From IMG/VR virus record IMGVR_UViG_2711768069_000001: 10,788 nt of DNA, one strand, 5' to 3'. This DNA is from a virus (Monodnaviria; Loebvirae; Hofneiviricota; Faserviricetes; Tubulavirales; Inoviridae). Under the pieces are notes generated by a model. It was given only the letters and a program-made list of their open reading frames with translations. It was not told the DNA's origin and did no database searches. Both the position numbers and the translations under genes were made by a program. This document shows, piece by piece, positions 1 to 7,463 of the stretch (within the stretch, counting starts at the first letter, position 1; each line of letters opens with the position of its first letter).

Positions 1-180
1 TTACTTAATTTCATCCTGGATATCGATGCCTTCTGGTCCAAGATCTTCCAGTAAGGACTCAAGAATACACATCAGTCTATATTGATTTATGCCTGTACGG
101 GATGTGCTGTTTTCCCAGGCATCCCGTTCACGTCTGACCTGCTTCAAACTTTTTTCAATTTTTTCAGCTGTGATCGTCAT
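1..180 (-). CDS. Hypothetical small protein (59 aa from ATG at 180; track ORF extends to 228); stop codon is the first 3 nt of the window
   Basis: ORF track. The ATG at 178-180 overlaps the 3' end of the upstream HigA-like gene by 17 nt. Only a weak Shine-Dalgarno. No recognisable family. Confidence 0.35.
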   Translation of the reverse strand: MTITAEKIEKSLKQVRRERDAWENSTSRTGINQYRLMCILESLLEDLGPEGIDIQDEIK

Positions 181-430
181 ATTTGCCTGCTTCTGCTTTA
201 TTTTTCTGCTGTCGCAGATCATATGCATACTGAAGACGTAACCAAAAATCAGGAGTGCTTCCCATTATTGCTGCGATCGGAACGGCCTGCTCAGCGGTTA
301 ACGCCATTTTCCCTTCTAAAAAAGCTGGCTGGATGCCAGTTTCTTCGATAAATCGGTTAACACTAATGCCCATCTCAGCCAACTCTCTGGCAATAATTTC
401 GCCCGGATGAGACACATCAAATTGCTGCAT
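164..430 (-). CDS. HigA/VapI-family HTH (XRE-type) antitoxin-like DNA-binding protein, 88 aa
   Basis: Protein carries the family signature HPGEI...(HTH)...GSTPDFWLRLQYAYDLR. ATG at 428-430 with an AGGA Shine-Dalgarno 9 nt upstream. The 18-bp palindrome at 455..472 sits in its promoter region. Confidence 0.8.
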   Translation of the reverse strand: MQQFDVSHPGEIIARELAEMGISVNRFIEETGIQPAFLEGKMALTAEQAVPIAAIMGSTPDFWLRLQYAYDLRQQKNKAEAGKYDDHS

Positions 431-454
431 AACTAATCATCCTGTCAGATGCGG

Positions 455-472
455 ATTTGCGCATGCGCAAAT
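455..472. promoter_or_regulatory. Perfect 18-bp palindrome ATTTGCGCATGCGCAAAT, copy 1, about 25 bp upstream of the HigA-like start; candidate operator
   Basis: Read directly; identical second copy at 830..847. Confidence 0.55.
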
Positions 473-488
473 TATCACTTTGAGCATG

Positions 489-803
489 TTAGATCGATTG
501 TTCAAAGTAACGGGCCAGAGCCGTATAAATCAGTCGGTTTAACGGTTGTTGATCGTCTTCGGCCTGCTGTTTCGCTCGTTTGATCGTATCCGGATGGAAC
601 CAGATCCCCTGATAATCTGAGCCTTTCGGACTGGAGAAGTACCGTATGTGTACATGCCCTGCTTTTCGTTGGTTCAGATACCACTCAACGATTTCACTGG
701 CTATGTCGGCCTTTAACTCATCGCGAATGCCTGCCAGATTATTAACCGGCTGGATTAACTCATCTTCAATTTTCAGTCGGATAAACTTCAACTTTGTAGC
801 CAT
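489..803 (-). CDS. Hypothetical protein, 104 aa from ATG at 803 (track ORF extends to a GTG at 941); candidate partner or toxin of the HigA-like protein
   Basis: ATG at 801-803 is preceded by a GGGGA Shine-Dalgarno at 5 nt spacing, and the 18-bp palindrome at 830..847 lies 27 nt upstream. Position upstream of a HigA-family gene is typical of HigB-type toxins, but no toxin motif was recognised. Confidence 0.5.
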   Translation of the reverse strand: MATKLKFIRLKIEDELIQPVNNLAGIRDELKADIASEIVEWYLNQRKAGHVHIRYFSSPKGSDYQGIWFHPDTIKRAKQQAEDDQQPLNRLIYTALARYFEQSI

Positions 804-829
804 AGATTCCCCATAAGAATTGACGAGAA

Positions 830-847
830 ATTTGCGCATGCGCAAAT
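830..847. promoter_or_regulatory. Perfect 18-bp palindrome ATTTGCGCATGCGCAAAT, copy 2, 27 bp upstream of the ATG at 803; candidate operator
   Basis: Read directly; identical to 455..472, 375 bp away. Confidence 0.55.
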
Positions 848-937
848 CACGCCGTTCATGATTTACACAATCAATCAACAGTCGGTGTCTCAGTACGGCC
901 AGCTCCTCACGGAGCTGCGGGGCTGGCCGCCCTGCTC

Positions 938-2149
938 TCACCGCCTGATTTTTCTGGCCTGAAGTACAATAATGATGTCTGTTTTTGCTTTTTCAGTTGC
1001 CGTTGTTCCGAACCATGACGGCAAAAATGACAGGCCCGTATCTGCATTACTGTCTTTATTCTCAGCCAGACCACCAAGTAAAATTATGTCGCCATCCTTG
1101 AGCGAAACATCGGTGTTCACCTCCCGTTTAATGAGCGTCGGGCTGTTATTCACCCCAGTCTCTGTTTTTGCAAAATTAGACAGTTGCTGATGAATATTAA
1201 GGTCAATCGTAGCAGCCCGGATTTGCGGCTGAACGTTAAAAATTACGCCACTTGAACGATAATCAATGGACTGAACCGGACGACCATCAACATAGCTGAC
1301 CTGACCGAGTACCGGCACGTCAGATCCCACAGAAAATGATGCTTTAGAGCCATTTCTGACCCGCAATTGTGGCGAACTGACGACGTGAAAACGGCTGTCT
1401 GTTCTGAACAACTCATAAAGTGCATCGAGCGATCCAGAACTGAAACGGACAAAGTTGCTGAGTCCTTGTGCAGTACCCGTTTCTATTGTGAATTTTCCCG
1501 ACATAAGTTTGGCAGCCAGTGCCAGGCCAGAACCATTTCGCTCAGACGTCTGAACCTCAAACACGTACCCGGCGACAATAACTTCTTCGGCGGCCCGGTC
1601 GATAAGAGGAAGCAAATCTTCGACCCGCTGAATGTCTTTTTTCGTACCGTAAAAAACAAGTACATCCCCATTTCTGCTCAAAAAATCGGATGCGGTATTG
1701 TCTTTAATCATCGCAGGAGAAACATCGCCATGCCCTATTTGCCCACCATTTGAAAATGACCCGCTCACTTGTGACTGAAGAATATCAGCCAGATAAGCAA
1801 CAGAACGGTACTGTGGTGTGTAAACAAAAGAATATTTCGGGGCTTCGTATACTTTTTTCTCCTGGAGATAAAAGTAATCCACACCATTTTTTCTGGCTAC
1901 AGAGACTCCGGCATTCTGGAGATAACGCATAATAAACGTATACTCATCCATATCTGGCGTAATATTGAAATTAACTTGTCGTTTGTCCGTGATAAGTTCA
2001 GGAGAAACCATGAACGGTTTTCTCATAACTTCAGTATAAAACAAAGTAATGGCATCATTAAGCGTTAATCCTGAGAGATTCAGTATAACGCCTTTTGATA
2101 ATGCAGGTGGAATCATAAATACCATTATTATGATATAAAATAATTTCAT
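938..2149 (-). CDS. gIV: Filamentous-phage secretin pIV (gene IV), 403 aa from ATG at 2149
   Basis: Signal peptide MKLFYIIIMVFMIPPALS resembles M13 pIV MKLLNVINFVFLMF. Secretin motifs VFEVQ and LLGGL...DTGLSFLP match recalled M13 IFEVQQ and LLGGLTD...DSGVPFLS. GGGGG Shine-Dalgarno before the 2149 ATG; last gene of the Ff order. Confidence 0.9.
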   Translation of the reverse strand: MKLFYIIIMVFMIPPALSKGVILNLSGLTLNDAITLFYTEVMRKPFMVSPELITDKRQVNFNITPDMDEYTFIMRYLQNAGVSVARKNGVDYFYLQEKKVYEAPKYSFVYTPQYRSVAYLADILQSQVSGSFSNGGQIGHGDVSPAMIKDNTASDFLSRNGDVLVFYGTKKDIQRVEDLLPLIDRAAEEVIVAGYVFEVQTSERNGSGLALAAKLMSGKFTIETGTAQGLSNFVRFSSGSLDALYELFRTDSRFHVVSSPQLRVRNGSKASFSVGSDVPVLGQVSYVDGRPVQSIDYRSSGVIFNVQPQIRAATIDLNIHQQLSNFAKTETGVNNSPTLIKREVNTDVSLKDGDIILLGGLAENKDSNADTGLSFLPSWFGTTATEKAKTDIIIVLQARKIRR

Positions 2150-2150
2150 A

Positions 2151-3176
2151 TTAACCCCCAGTAAAATAGGTGACAATTTCACCATCAATGATTCCACTTA
2201 AAGTAAAACCTTCTCCGTCGAACTGATTTGCCGGTAGCGTTCTAAACCGACCATTGCTGTCTGTAAGAACAACCTTGCTGACATAATCTGATTTTAACTC
2301 CCCGGCAATACGCCAGCGCTTTGAGTACGGGGCATCAGGTTTCGCAATCTTTTCTGATGAAGGCAGTACAACCTCCGGTTCGGTATGTTTCGGCTCTGGT
2401 ACTGACTCTCCTCTAATATCCACCCAGACCGTTCTTATTGAATATATAGAAGCCAGTACAATAAATAATAAAAATGCAATTTTCACCCAAAGAAAGGCGG
2501 ATGAAAAAACGTTTTGTCTAGAGTCTGTTGTCGCTTCCATTCCGTTAGTGGTTTCATAAGATTTGTATAATTCAAAAACGGCTTTTTTGTACTGATAGTT
2601 ACGAGTACTGACTTTATTATTTTTGAATACTTTGGCACCAGAAAAAACATCGACACGATATGACTTTGATAGCCCCAAAGATTTTAGTTTGGTCATCCGG
2701 TATGTCGATTCAATACGCTCTTTAAGATACCGGGGTACACCATCTACACCCTGATTGATGATGACCAAATCACATGATACCCCACTAACAGCATGTGTCA
2801 TATGACGGTGCATTGAAATAAATCTTTTATGTGCCTCAGATAGTTTTGAGTCCGATGGCCATATTGACCATAATTCATCAAGACAAATCAGATCACCATA
2901 TTCACAAAATGCTGCTTTTTGTTCTGAAGATTCATCATCAGAGTAAAAAGGGAAGAAATCATCCTTTAATATTTCATCCGTCGATGCGAAAACAACACGA
3001 CCAGGCTGCTTAGTCTTGAATTTAGAACGACAATACTCATGTATTTTCTCTTCATTTATCCCTTTGATATTGGTGATTACACGGCGGCCTGCTGAAACCG
3101 CAGGGATAATAACACTGTAAACAACCTCGTATGTTTTACCGCTCCCCATCACACCCATATACAATGATACAGCCAT
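2151..3176 (-). CDS. gI: Filamentous-phage assembly ATPase pI (Zot-like), 341 aa
   Basis: N-terminus MAVSLYMGVMGSGKT resembles M13 pI MAVYFVTGKLGSGKT (Walker A). Internal hydrophobic segment. AGGA Shine-Dalgarno. Sits between the gVI-like and gIV genes. Confidence 0.9.
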   Translation of the reverse strand: MAVSLYMGVMGSGKTYEVVYSVIIPAVSAGRRVITNIKGINEEKIHEYCRSKFKTKQPGRVVFASTDEILKDDFFPFYSDDESSEQKAAFCEYGDLICLDELWSIWPSDSKLSEAHKRFISMHRHMTHAVSGVSCDLVIINQGVDGVPRYLKERIESTYRMTKLKSLGLSKSYRVDVFSGAKVFKNNKVSTRNYQYKKAVFELYKSYETTNGMEATTDSRQNVFSSAFLWVKIAFLLFIVLASIYSIRTVWVDIRGESVPEPKHTEPEVVLPSSEKIAKPDAPYSKRWRIAGELKSDYVSKVVLTDSNGRFRTLPANQFDGEGFTLSGIIDGEIVTYFTGG

Positions 3177-3180
3177 AAAA

Positions 3181-3468
3181 TTATCCTATTACCGGAATTC
3201 GACGAATAATAAAGCGAGTCACAAAAGCTGAAAGTATTATGTTAATCCCATCTATAACTTTAAAAACAGAGAAGAAATATTTCAGGCTATCTGGAATACT
3301 TGAAATTAACGCAAGAAGTGGGAGTTGGCGATTAACCATATCGAGAATAAGCGGCACGAATTCCTGCACAATAAAATACAATGCAAAAAACACCGTAAAC
3401 TTCACAATAACTGAGCGCAATAAAAACCCAAGAACGCCATATAAAACAGAGGTCATGATGCCAAACAT
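3181..3468 (-). CDS. gVI: Minor coat protein pVI-like, 95 aa, hydrophobic
   Basis: Small, strongly hydrophobic protein between gIII and gI, the pVI position in Ff. Call is positional plus composition. Confidence 0.65.
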   Translation of the reverse strand: MFGIMTSVLYGVLGFLLRSVIVKFTVFFALYFIVQEFVPLILDMVNRQLPLLALISSIPDSLKYFFSVFKVIDGINIILSAFVTRFIIRRIPVIG

Positions 3469-3477
3469 AAATCACCT

Positions 3478-4743
3478 TTATGCAGAAAGGATAATTCTGA
3501 ACGCTGCTATTGAGTAAATGAACAGAAAAATAACACCAATCATCGCAGCGTTATTATTTAATAATGTACAATGTGTTTCTAACTTATATTGTCCGTTAAA
3601 AACATCCAGTACAGGTTTTGGACACTCCGCATATTTAATTCTTTCGCTTTCTGCATTAAGTGCATCGGCTGAATCTTCAAAGGGGTTGAATGATAATAAT
3701 GGAGATAAAATTTCAGTACCTGCAGGTATATTTTCCAGTTCAGGCGGCCCAATACCAGGATCATCACCAAGATTAACCTGTTCTCCTGTCGATGGATTGG
3801 TTGGTGTTGTCCCTGTTGTGTCAGCAGGTAGTGTAAAATCGGGTTTGTCTGACGGTTTGAGAAAGTCAGATACAGCGGGCTTTGCAGCACCAGTTGAAGC
3901 AGTTACATCACGCGCTGTCACTGGTCTGGTGTGGTCGTATGCAAAACCAGAATACCCTGCTTCGGAGGCTGCTTTTTGCCATGCATTATTTACAACATCA
4001 GAAATAACTTCTGGCGAAAGATCTGTCTGCATTTCCGTATCTGAAATGCTATTAATAGCATCCTGTACGCTAACGGTTTTAATTACTTCATTACTACCCG
4101 GCACATAATCAGGCTGACATGTAGGCATAACCTTATTTGTACCGCAGGAAACAAGGTTTGCAGTTCGTGATGCCCAAAGCTGTGTTTTAGATGAATCAAT
4201 ATAAAATTTGATGGTTCTTAAATCAGACCTTGTCGGGTCTGCATTATATTGCTCAACTATGTATGTCTGACAGAACGTCGGATTATGCTGGCATATCGAC
4301 TGAGCTCCCTCAGTTGCTGTAACATAGCTTTCTGCGCCAATATTCCAGTAAAACCCTTTAACACCCTGCTCTCCCGTTATTTCTTTTACTTTGATTTGTA
4401 CGGAGTCCTCAGTTTCAATTAGCCATGCCACCGCACCGGAAGCGGCAAGAGCTATAAGCGTACCGCGGCTTAACAAAGCCCCTCTGAGTCCAACTGATAA
4501 CCACGAACGACCAGAGACACCTGCAACGGTATAAGCTTTCGAACCTGAAGCGGTAGAATTTAGATAACCTGAAATACCTTTTAATGTTCCGTAGTATCGA
4601 GGATCATTCGCTGAGAAACCACGCTGTGTAATTTTGTTTTTAATGGTTCCTGAAATGGTCTGATTAATAACAGCTGCGTTCTCTGCACTGTATGAATAAA
4701 AGCTAATGATAGATAACAACAATGCAATTAAAAGAGTTTTCAT
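3478..4743 (-). CDS. gIII: Adsorption/minor coat protein pIII-like, 421 aa
   Basis: Signal peptide MKTLLIALLLSIISFYSYSAEN resembles M13 pIII MKKLLFAIPLVVPFYSHSAET. Pro/Thr-rich linker and C-terminal hydrophobic anchor. AGGAGG Shine-Dalgarno. Size and position match pIII. Confidence 0.85.
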   Translation of the reverse strand: MKTLLIALLLSIISFYSYSAENAAVINQTISGTIKNKITQRGFSANDPRYYGTLKGISGYLNSTASGSKAYTVAGVSGRSWLSVGLRGALLSRGTLIALAASGAVAWLIETEDSVQIKVKEITGEQGVKGFYWNIGAESYVTATEGAQSICQHNPTFCQTYIVEQYNADPTRSDLRTIKFYIDSSKTQLWASRTANLVSCGTNKVMPTCQPDYVPGSNEVIKTVSVQDAINSISDTEMQTDLSPEVISDVVNNAWQKAASEAGYSGFAYDHTRPVTARDVTASTGAAKPAVSDFLKPSDKPDFTLPADTTGTTPTNPSTGEQVNLGDDPGIGPPELENIPAGTEILSPLLSFNPFEDSADALNAESERIKYAECPKPVLDVFNGQYKLETHCTLLNNNAAMIGVIFLFIYSIAAFRIILSA

Positions 4744-4840
4744 TTACCCTCCTAATCCTTTTATAACTGCCCAGGCACAAAGAAGACCCCAGAGAAAACA
4801 GGTAATTAGCCAGAAATGTAATATCACAGAAACTCCTGAA

Positions 4841-4858
4841 GGCAGGGTTTCCCCTGCC
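4841..4858 (-). terminator. Candidate intrinsic terminator hairpin just downstream of gVIII (7-bp GC stem, 4-nt loop)
   Basis: GGCAGGG-TTTC-CCCTGCC read directly, starting 8 nt after the gVIII stop on the transcribed strand. Ff phages have a terminator here. The downstream U-tract is weak. Confidence 0.4.
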
Positions 4859-4865
4859 CGTATTA

Positions 4866-5087
4866 TCAGGCCCCACGGATCATACGCAGAACTGTTTTTG
4901 CCCCGGCAATGGAGGCATAAAGACCAACCAAAATCCCGGCTACGGACATAATTGCCACAATTACACTGTCGAATGACACTGCATTAGTCAATGCAGTAAA
5001 ATCCACTCCGGCAGACTCTGCTGCATTAGCCAGAAAAGGTACTACGGAAGCAATAACAACAGCTGATTTCAAAATGGTCTTTTTCAT
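4866..5087 (-). CDS. gVIII: Major coat protein pVIII precursor, 73 aa from ATG at 5087
   Basis: MKKTILKSAVVIASVVPFLANA signal peptide, then a roughly 50-aa mature peptide with acidic N-terminus, hydrophobic core and basic C-terminus (KTVLRMIRGA). Same 73-aa length and architecture as M13 pVIII. Confidence 0.85.
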   Translation of the reverse strand: MKKTILKSAVVIASVVPFLANAAESAGVDFTALTNAVSFDSVIVAIMSVAGILVGLYASIAGAKTVLRMIRGA

Positions 5088-5089
5088 AA

Positions 5090-5308
5090 TTAGGCTCTCT
5101 TTATCATATTTAAAACGAGTCCAATACAGTGTGATACTAAATAAAGGACGATTACAGAGGTAAAAGCAGTTCCCCATACCAGTGCAATATCTTCTGCCGG
5201 AGGGAGCTGCTGATATGGCAACTCAGAGGAATTTAATGTTATTATCTGGCAGTTCTGCTCAGTATTGCCATCACAAATCTTACCAGTCATTATATTCTGA
5301 GAAGCCAT
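5090..5308 (-). CDS. Small membrane protein at the gVII/gIX position, 72 aa; putative minor coat protein
   Basis: ATG with AAGG Shine-Dalgarno directly after gV stop and 2 nt before the gVIII start. C-terminal transmembrane helix. Larger than M13 pVII or pIX (about 32-33 aa each). Confidence 0.5.
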   Translation of the reverse strand: MASQNIMTGKICDGNTEQNCQIITLNSSELPYQQLPPAEDIALVWGTAFTSVIVLYLVSHCIGLVLNMIKRA

Positions 5309-5317
5309 AGCGATACC

Positions 5318-5605
5318 TTATTTAGTCTGTTCTTTATTTTCCTGATATGGAATCAGAACGATTCTTCCTACCCGTAATTTCTGGAAATCACCGACGTAAA
5401 TACTGGATGGATGTAATGTATATAATCCCGCCGGGTATGGTGCCTGACCCGCGTCAAGATTCAACTTGAAGAGTTGTGGATAATCCTGGCCAAGAAAAAT
5501 ATATGCAGACTGCTCATTAATTGTATACGCCTGCCCGGTCGACTTCGACACGCCAGAACGCGTATCGGCAATGGCCTGAGACTGTTTAATTTCAATCTTA
5601 ATCAT
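5318..5605 (-). CDS. gV: ssDNA-binding protein gVp (gene V), 95 aa
   Basis: Strong similarity over most of its length to recalled M13 gVp: MIKIEIKQSQA..TRSGVS..NEQ..YP.L.K..LD.GQ..Y..GLYT.H.SS..VG.F. GAGGA Shine-Dalgarno. Confidence 0.92.
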   Translation of the reverse strand: MIKIEIKQSQAIADTRSGVSKSTGQAYTINEQSAYIFLGQDYPQLFKLNLDAGQAPYPAGLYTLHPSSIYVGDFQKLRVGRIVLIPYQENKEQTK

Positions 5606-5617
5606 TTAAATATCCTC

Positions 5618-6733
5618 TTATGCAACATGCAAATAACGTGGTTTCACATACCATGATGGAATAAAGCATTCACTTACTGATACTTCTCTCACTTTCTTAA
5701 CAATAACGGGGCTAAATTTGGAAATATTACATCGCTGAGCAATGTCAATACCTATTTTTCTAAGCCTGGCACGATGGGTTTGCACCTGTGTTTTAGAAAA
5801 ATCAAATGAGTGACCGTGCATCCACTGGATAGCATACATCGCAGTGGTATTCGCTGATCGAGTTGAGTCAACAATGCCTTCACTGATTAAATGTTCACTA
5901 ATCGTTTCAAAATCCATCGACGTCACCATAAGCTTTTTATCAAGAGCTAAAAAATCATCATGTAAATTATTGAGTATTGAATAGTCGGAAAGCCCCCAGT
6001 AAATAAGATGGTTACGTTGCAGATACCGGGATTTAAGTTTTTGCTCAAATCTGACTACGCCCTGTTCCTGACAGAAATCAATAATCTTTTTGATGTATGA
6101 AACTTCAGCTGATGAATCCCCGAATTTATTCTTTATTTTATTAAGGGAGTGAAGCTTAATTTCATGTGCTTTATTATATACAGTCGGATAAATGAGCAAG
6201 GCGTTTCCTTTTTTGGATAGCCAGTCAACTGATTTACCGTTGCTGTGTAATCGCGGCTCACTATTGCGATACCGTAATGTTGAAAGGCCCGATATATAGT
6301 CATCTACATTATCTGCTCCGACTGTTCGGTTGGATGTAATGTGAATTTCACGAATACATGCGCCATCAGTAACCGTTCCGGCCTTTTCAGTTTCACTTGC
6401 CTGTCTCTGCCACAATTTCGTACATTTTGTGAATTCCGGCAGACCAAGGTCATTCAGGATCCGGTTGTATACCTGCACACAGGCATCAACAGAAGTGTGA
6501 CCAAACAAATTGTCCAGTCTGTTCCATCGGGATGGATTTCCCGACATTTTCAGAATCGAACCTTTAATCGATATCGAAACCTGATCGCAAAAAGATCCTT
6601 TATGTTGAAACACAGGCTGATTCAGTGAACCGGCCTCCCCTGTTTCAAGCTGAATGCGCTGATAAGCCACTTCACCCAGGATAGGAAGCTGGTAACCAAA
6701 GTCCTGTTCGATGGTAAGCCAGTCAAAAAACAT
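5618..6733 (-). CDS. gII: Rolling-circle replication initiator pII-like, 371 aa from ATG at 6733 (track ORF starts at a TTG at 6817)
   Basis: Large ORF directly upstream of gV as in Ff, divergent from the repressor. GGGAGA Shine-Dalgarno before the 6733 ATG. Assignment rests mainly on synteny and size. Confidence 0.75.
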   Translation of the reverse strand: MFFDWLTIEQDFGYQLPILGEVAYQRIQLETGEAGSLNQPVFQHKGSFCDQVSISIKGSILKMSGNPSRWNRLDNLFGHTSVDACVQVYNRILNDLGLPEFTKCTKLWQRQASETEKAGTVTDGACIREIHITSNRTVGADNVDDYISGLSTLRYRNSEPRLHSNGKSVDWLSKKGNALLIYPTVYNKAHEIKLHSLNKIKNKFGDSSAEVSYIKKIIDFCQEQGVVRFEQKLKSRYLQRNHLIYWGLSDYSILNNLHDDFLALDKKLMVTSMDFETISEHLISEGIVDSTRSANTTAMYAIQWMHGHSFDFSKTQVQTHRARLRKIGIDIAQRCNISKFSPVIVKKVREVSVSECFIPSWYVKPRYLHVA

Positions 6734-6883
6734 GTGTCTCCCGGAATTGACGCGCAAGGGTCTAAACTGATCTTTAACGGTGTCAGTTATACTAAATTGG
6801 AGAGATCTCAGTGTCAATATAATTGATACCGTAAAATGTCAAAACTGACCCTCGGTGTCAGCATGCTAAAAACAGGAGGTAGA

Positions 6884-7369
6884 ATGAATGCCTGTATGAA
6901 TAAAACAGAGAGTTCACTGGTAATGGCAGCAGACAAAGCATGCGCAGAAAGGATCAAACAATCGATTCTTCAGAACTTCACGTACGATGATATTGAAAAT
7001 GAAACCGGGATCAGTGTCAGTACATTGAAACGCCTGGCATCTGGTGACCGTGAACCGAAACTCATCGAAATTCGACAGATTGCAAAAGCTACAGGAAGGA
7101 ATCCGGTTTGGTTGGCGTTTGGAAACGACGCAGGTTATGAAATTGAAACCGTGTCCGCAGATATGAAATTAGTTGAGCCAACAGCCAGGTACGAAATTAA
7201 AGGAGCTACAGATAGCTCAGCCGATCATGAAGTAAAGATCAGGGTCATCGCTGCGATAAAAGACATGCGTTTGGAAGATGTTGTTTTTATTGAAAGAATG
7301 ACAGAGTTACTCAATCTCCAGAATACAATTCAGAACATTTCTGGACGAAAAATGAAGCCGCCAAGATGA
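6884..7369 (+). CDS. Phage HTH transcriptional regulator, putative lysogeny repressor, 161 aa from ATG at 6884 (track ORF starts at 6836)
   Basis: HTH-like segment ETGISVSTLKRLASG near the N-terminus. Divergent from the replication gene, as rstR is in CTXphi. AGGAGG Shine-Dalgarno 4 nt before the 6884 ATG; start remains uncertain. Confidence 0.6.
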   Translation: MNACMNKTESSLVMAADKACAERIKQSILQNFTYDDIENETGISVSTLKRLASGDREPKLIEIRQIAKATGRNPVWLAFGNDAGYEIETVSADMKLVEPTARYEIKGATDSSADHEVKIRVIAAIKDMRLEDVVFIERMTELLNLQNTIQNISGRKMKPPR

Positions 7370-7376
7370 TAACGTG

Positions 7377-7441
7377 CCCCGGGAAACCGGGGTAAAGTTC
7401 GGGTGTCACAGAACCCCGAACCGCTTCGCGGTACAAATTTT
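7377..7441 (+). terminator. Three GC-rich stem-loops between repressor and cargo gene A; last one followed by a T-run; possible terminator or attenuator
   Basis: Stem-loops read directly: CCCCGG-GAAA-CCGGGG (7377-7392), GTTCGGG-N11-CCCGAAC (7397-7421), ACCGC-TTC-GCGGT (7420-7432) then ACAAATTTT. Hairpins 2 and 3 share bases 7420-7421, so they are mutually exclusive. Confidence 0.3.
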
Positions 7442-7463
7442 ACACACAGCAGAGGAAGGCGGT

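Noticed and set aside
3518-4108. 196-aa plus-strand ORF, plus other antisense ORFs (1367..1753, 2831..3013, 3239..3517, 3579..3890, 4706..4951, 5474..5656, 6341..6628, 8176..8442, 9379..9609, 502..684, 82..351, 972..1190, 1243..1452, 1483..1671, 1750..1932)
   Set aside because: All lie within or opposite the syntenic, well-supported phage core, cargo or hipA genes and lack convincing ribosome-binding sites; most likely shadow ORFs.
6764-6786. Inverted repeat ACTGA-N12-TCAGT in the gII-repressor intergenic region
   Set aside because: Arms are only 5 bp and one arm overlaps a GTGTCA motif; too short to call an operator without binding data. Noted under the motif-cluster finding instead.
6892-6908. 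LexA-box-like CTGTATGAATAAAACAG
   Set aside because: The spacer is 9 nt (CTGT-N9-ACAG) rather than the canonical 8, and it lies inside the repressor coding region just after the start codon; not a convincing SOS box.
938-7376. Longer N-terminal extensions in the ORF track (GTG at 941 for the 489 ORF, GTG at 2197 for gIV, TTG at 6817 for gII, ATG at 6836 for the repressor, GTG at 7374 for gene A, ATG at 5177 for gVIII)
   Set aside because: Each has an internal ATG with a better-placed Shine-Dalgarno and/or a signal peptide or recalled-homologue N-terminus that begins at the internal start; the extensions overlap upstream genes or structured intergenic DNA.
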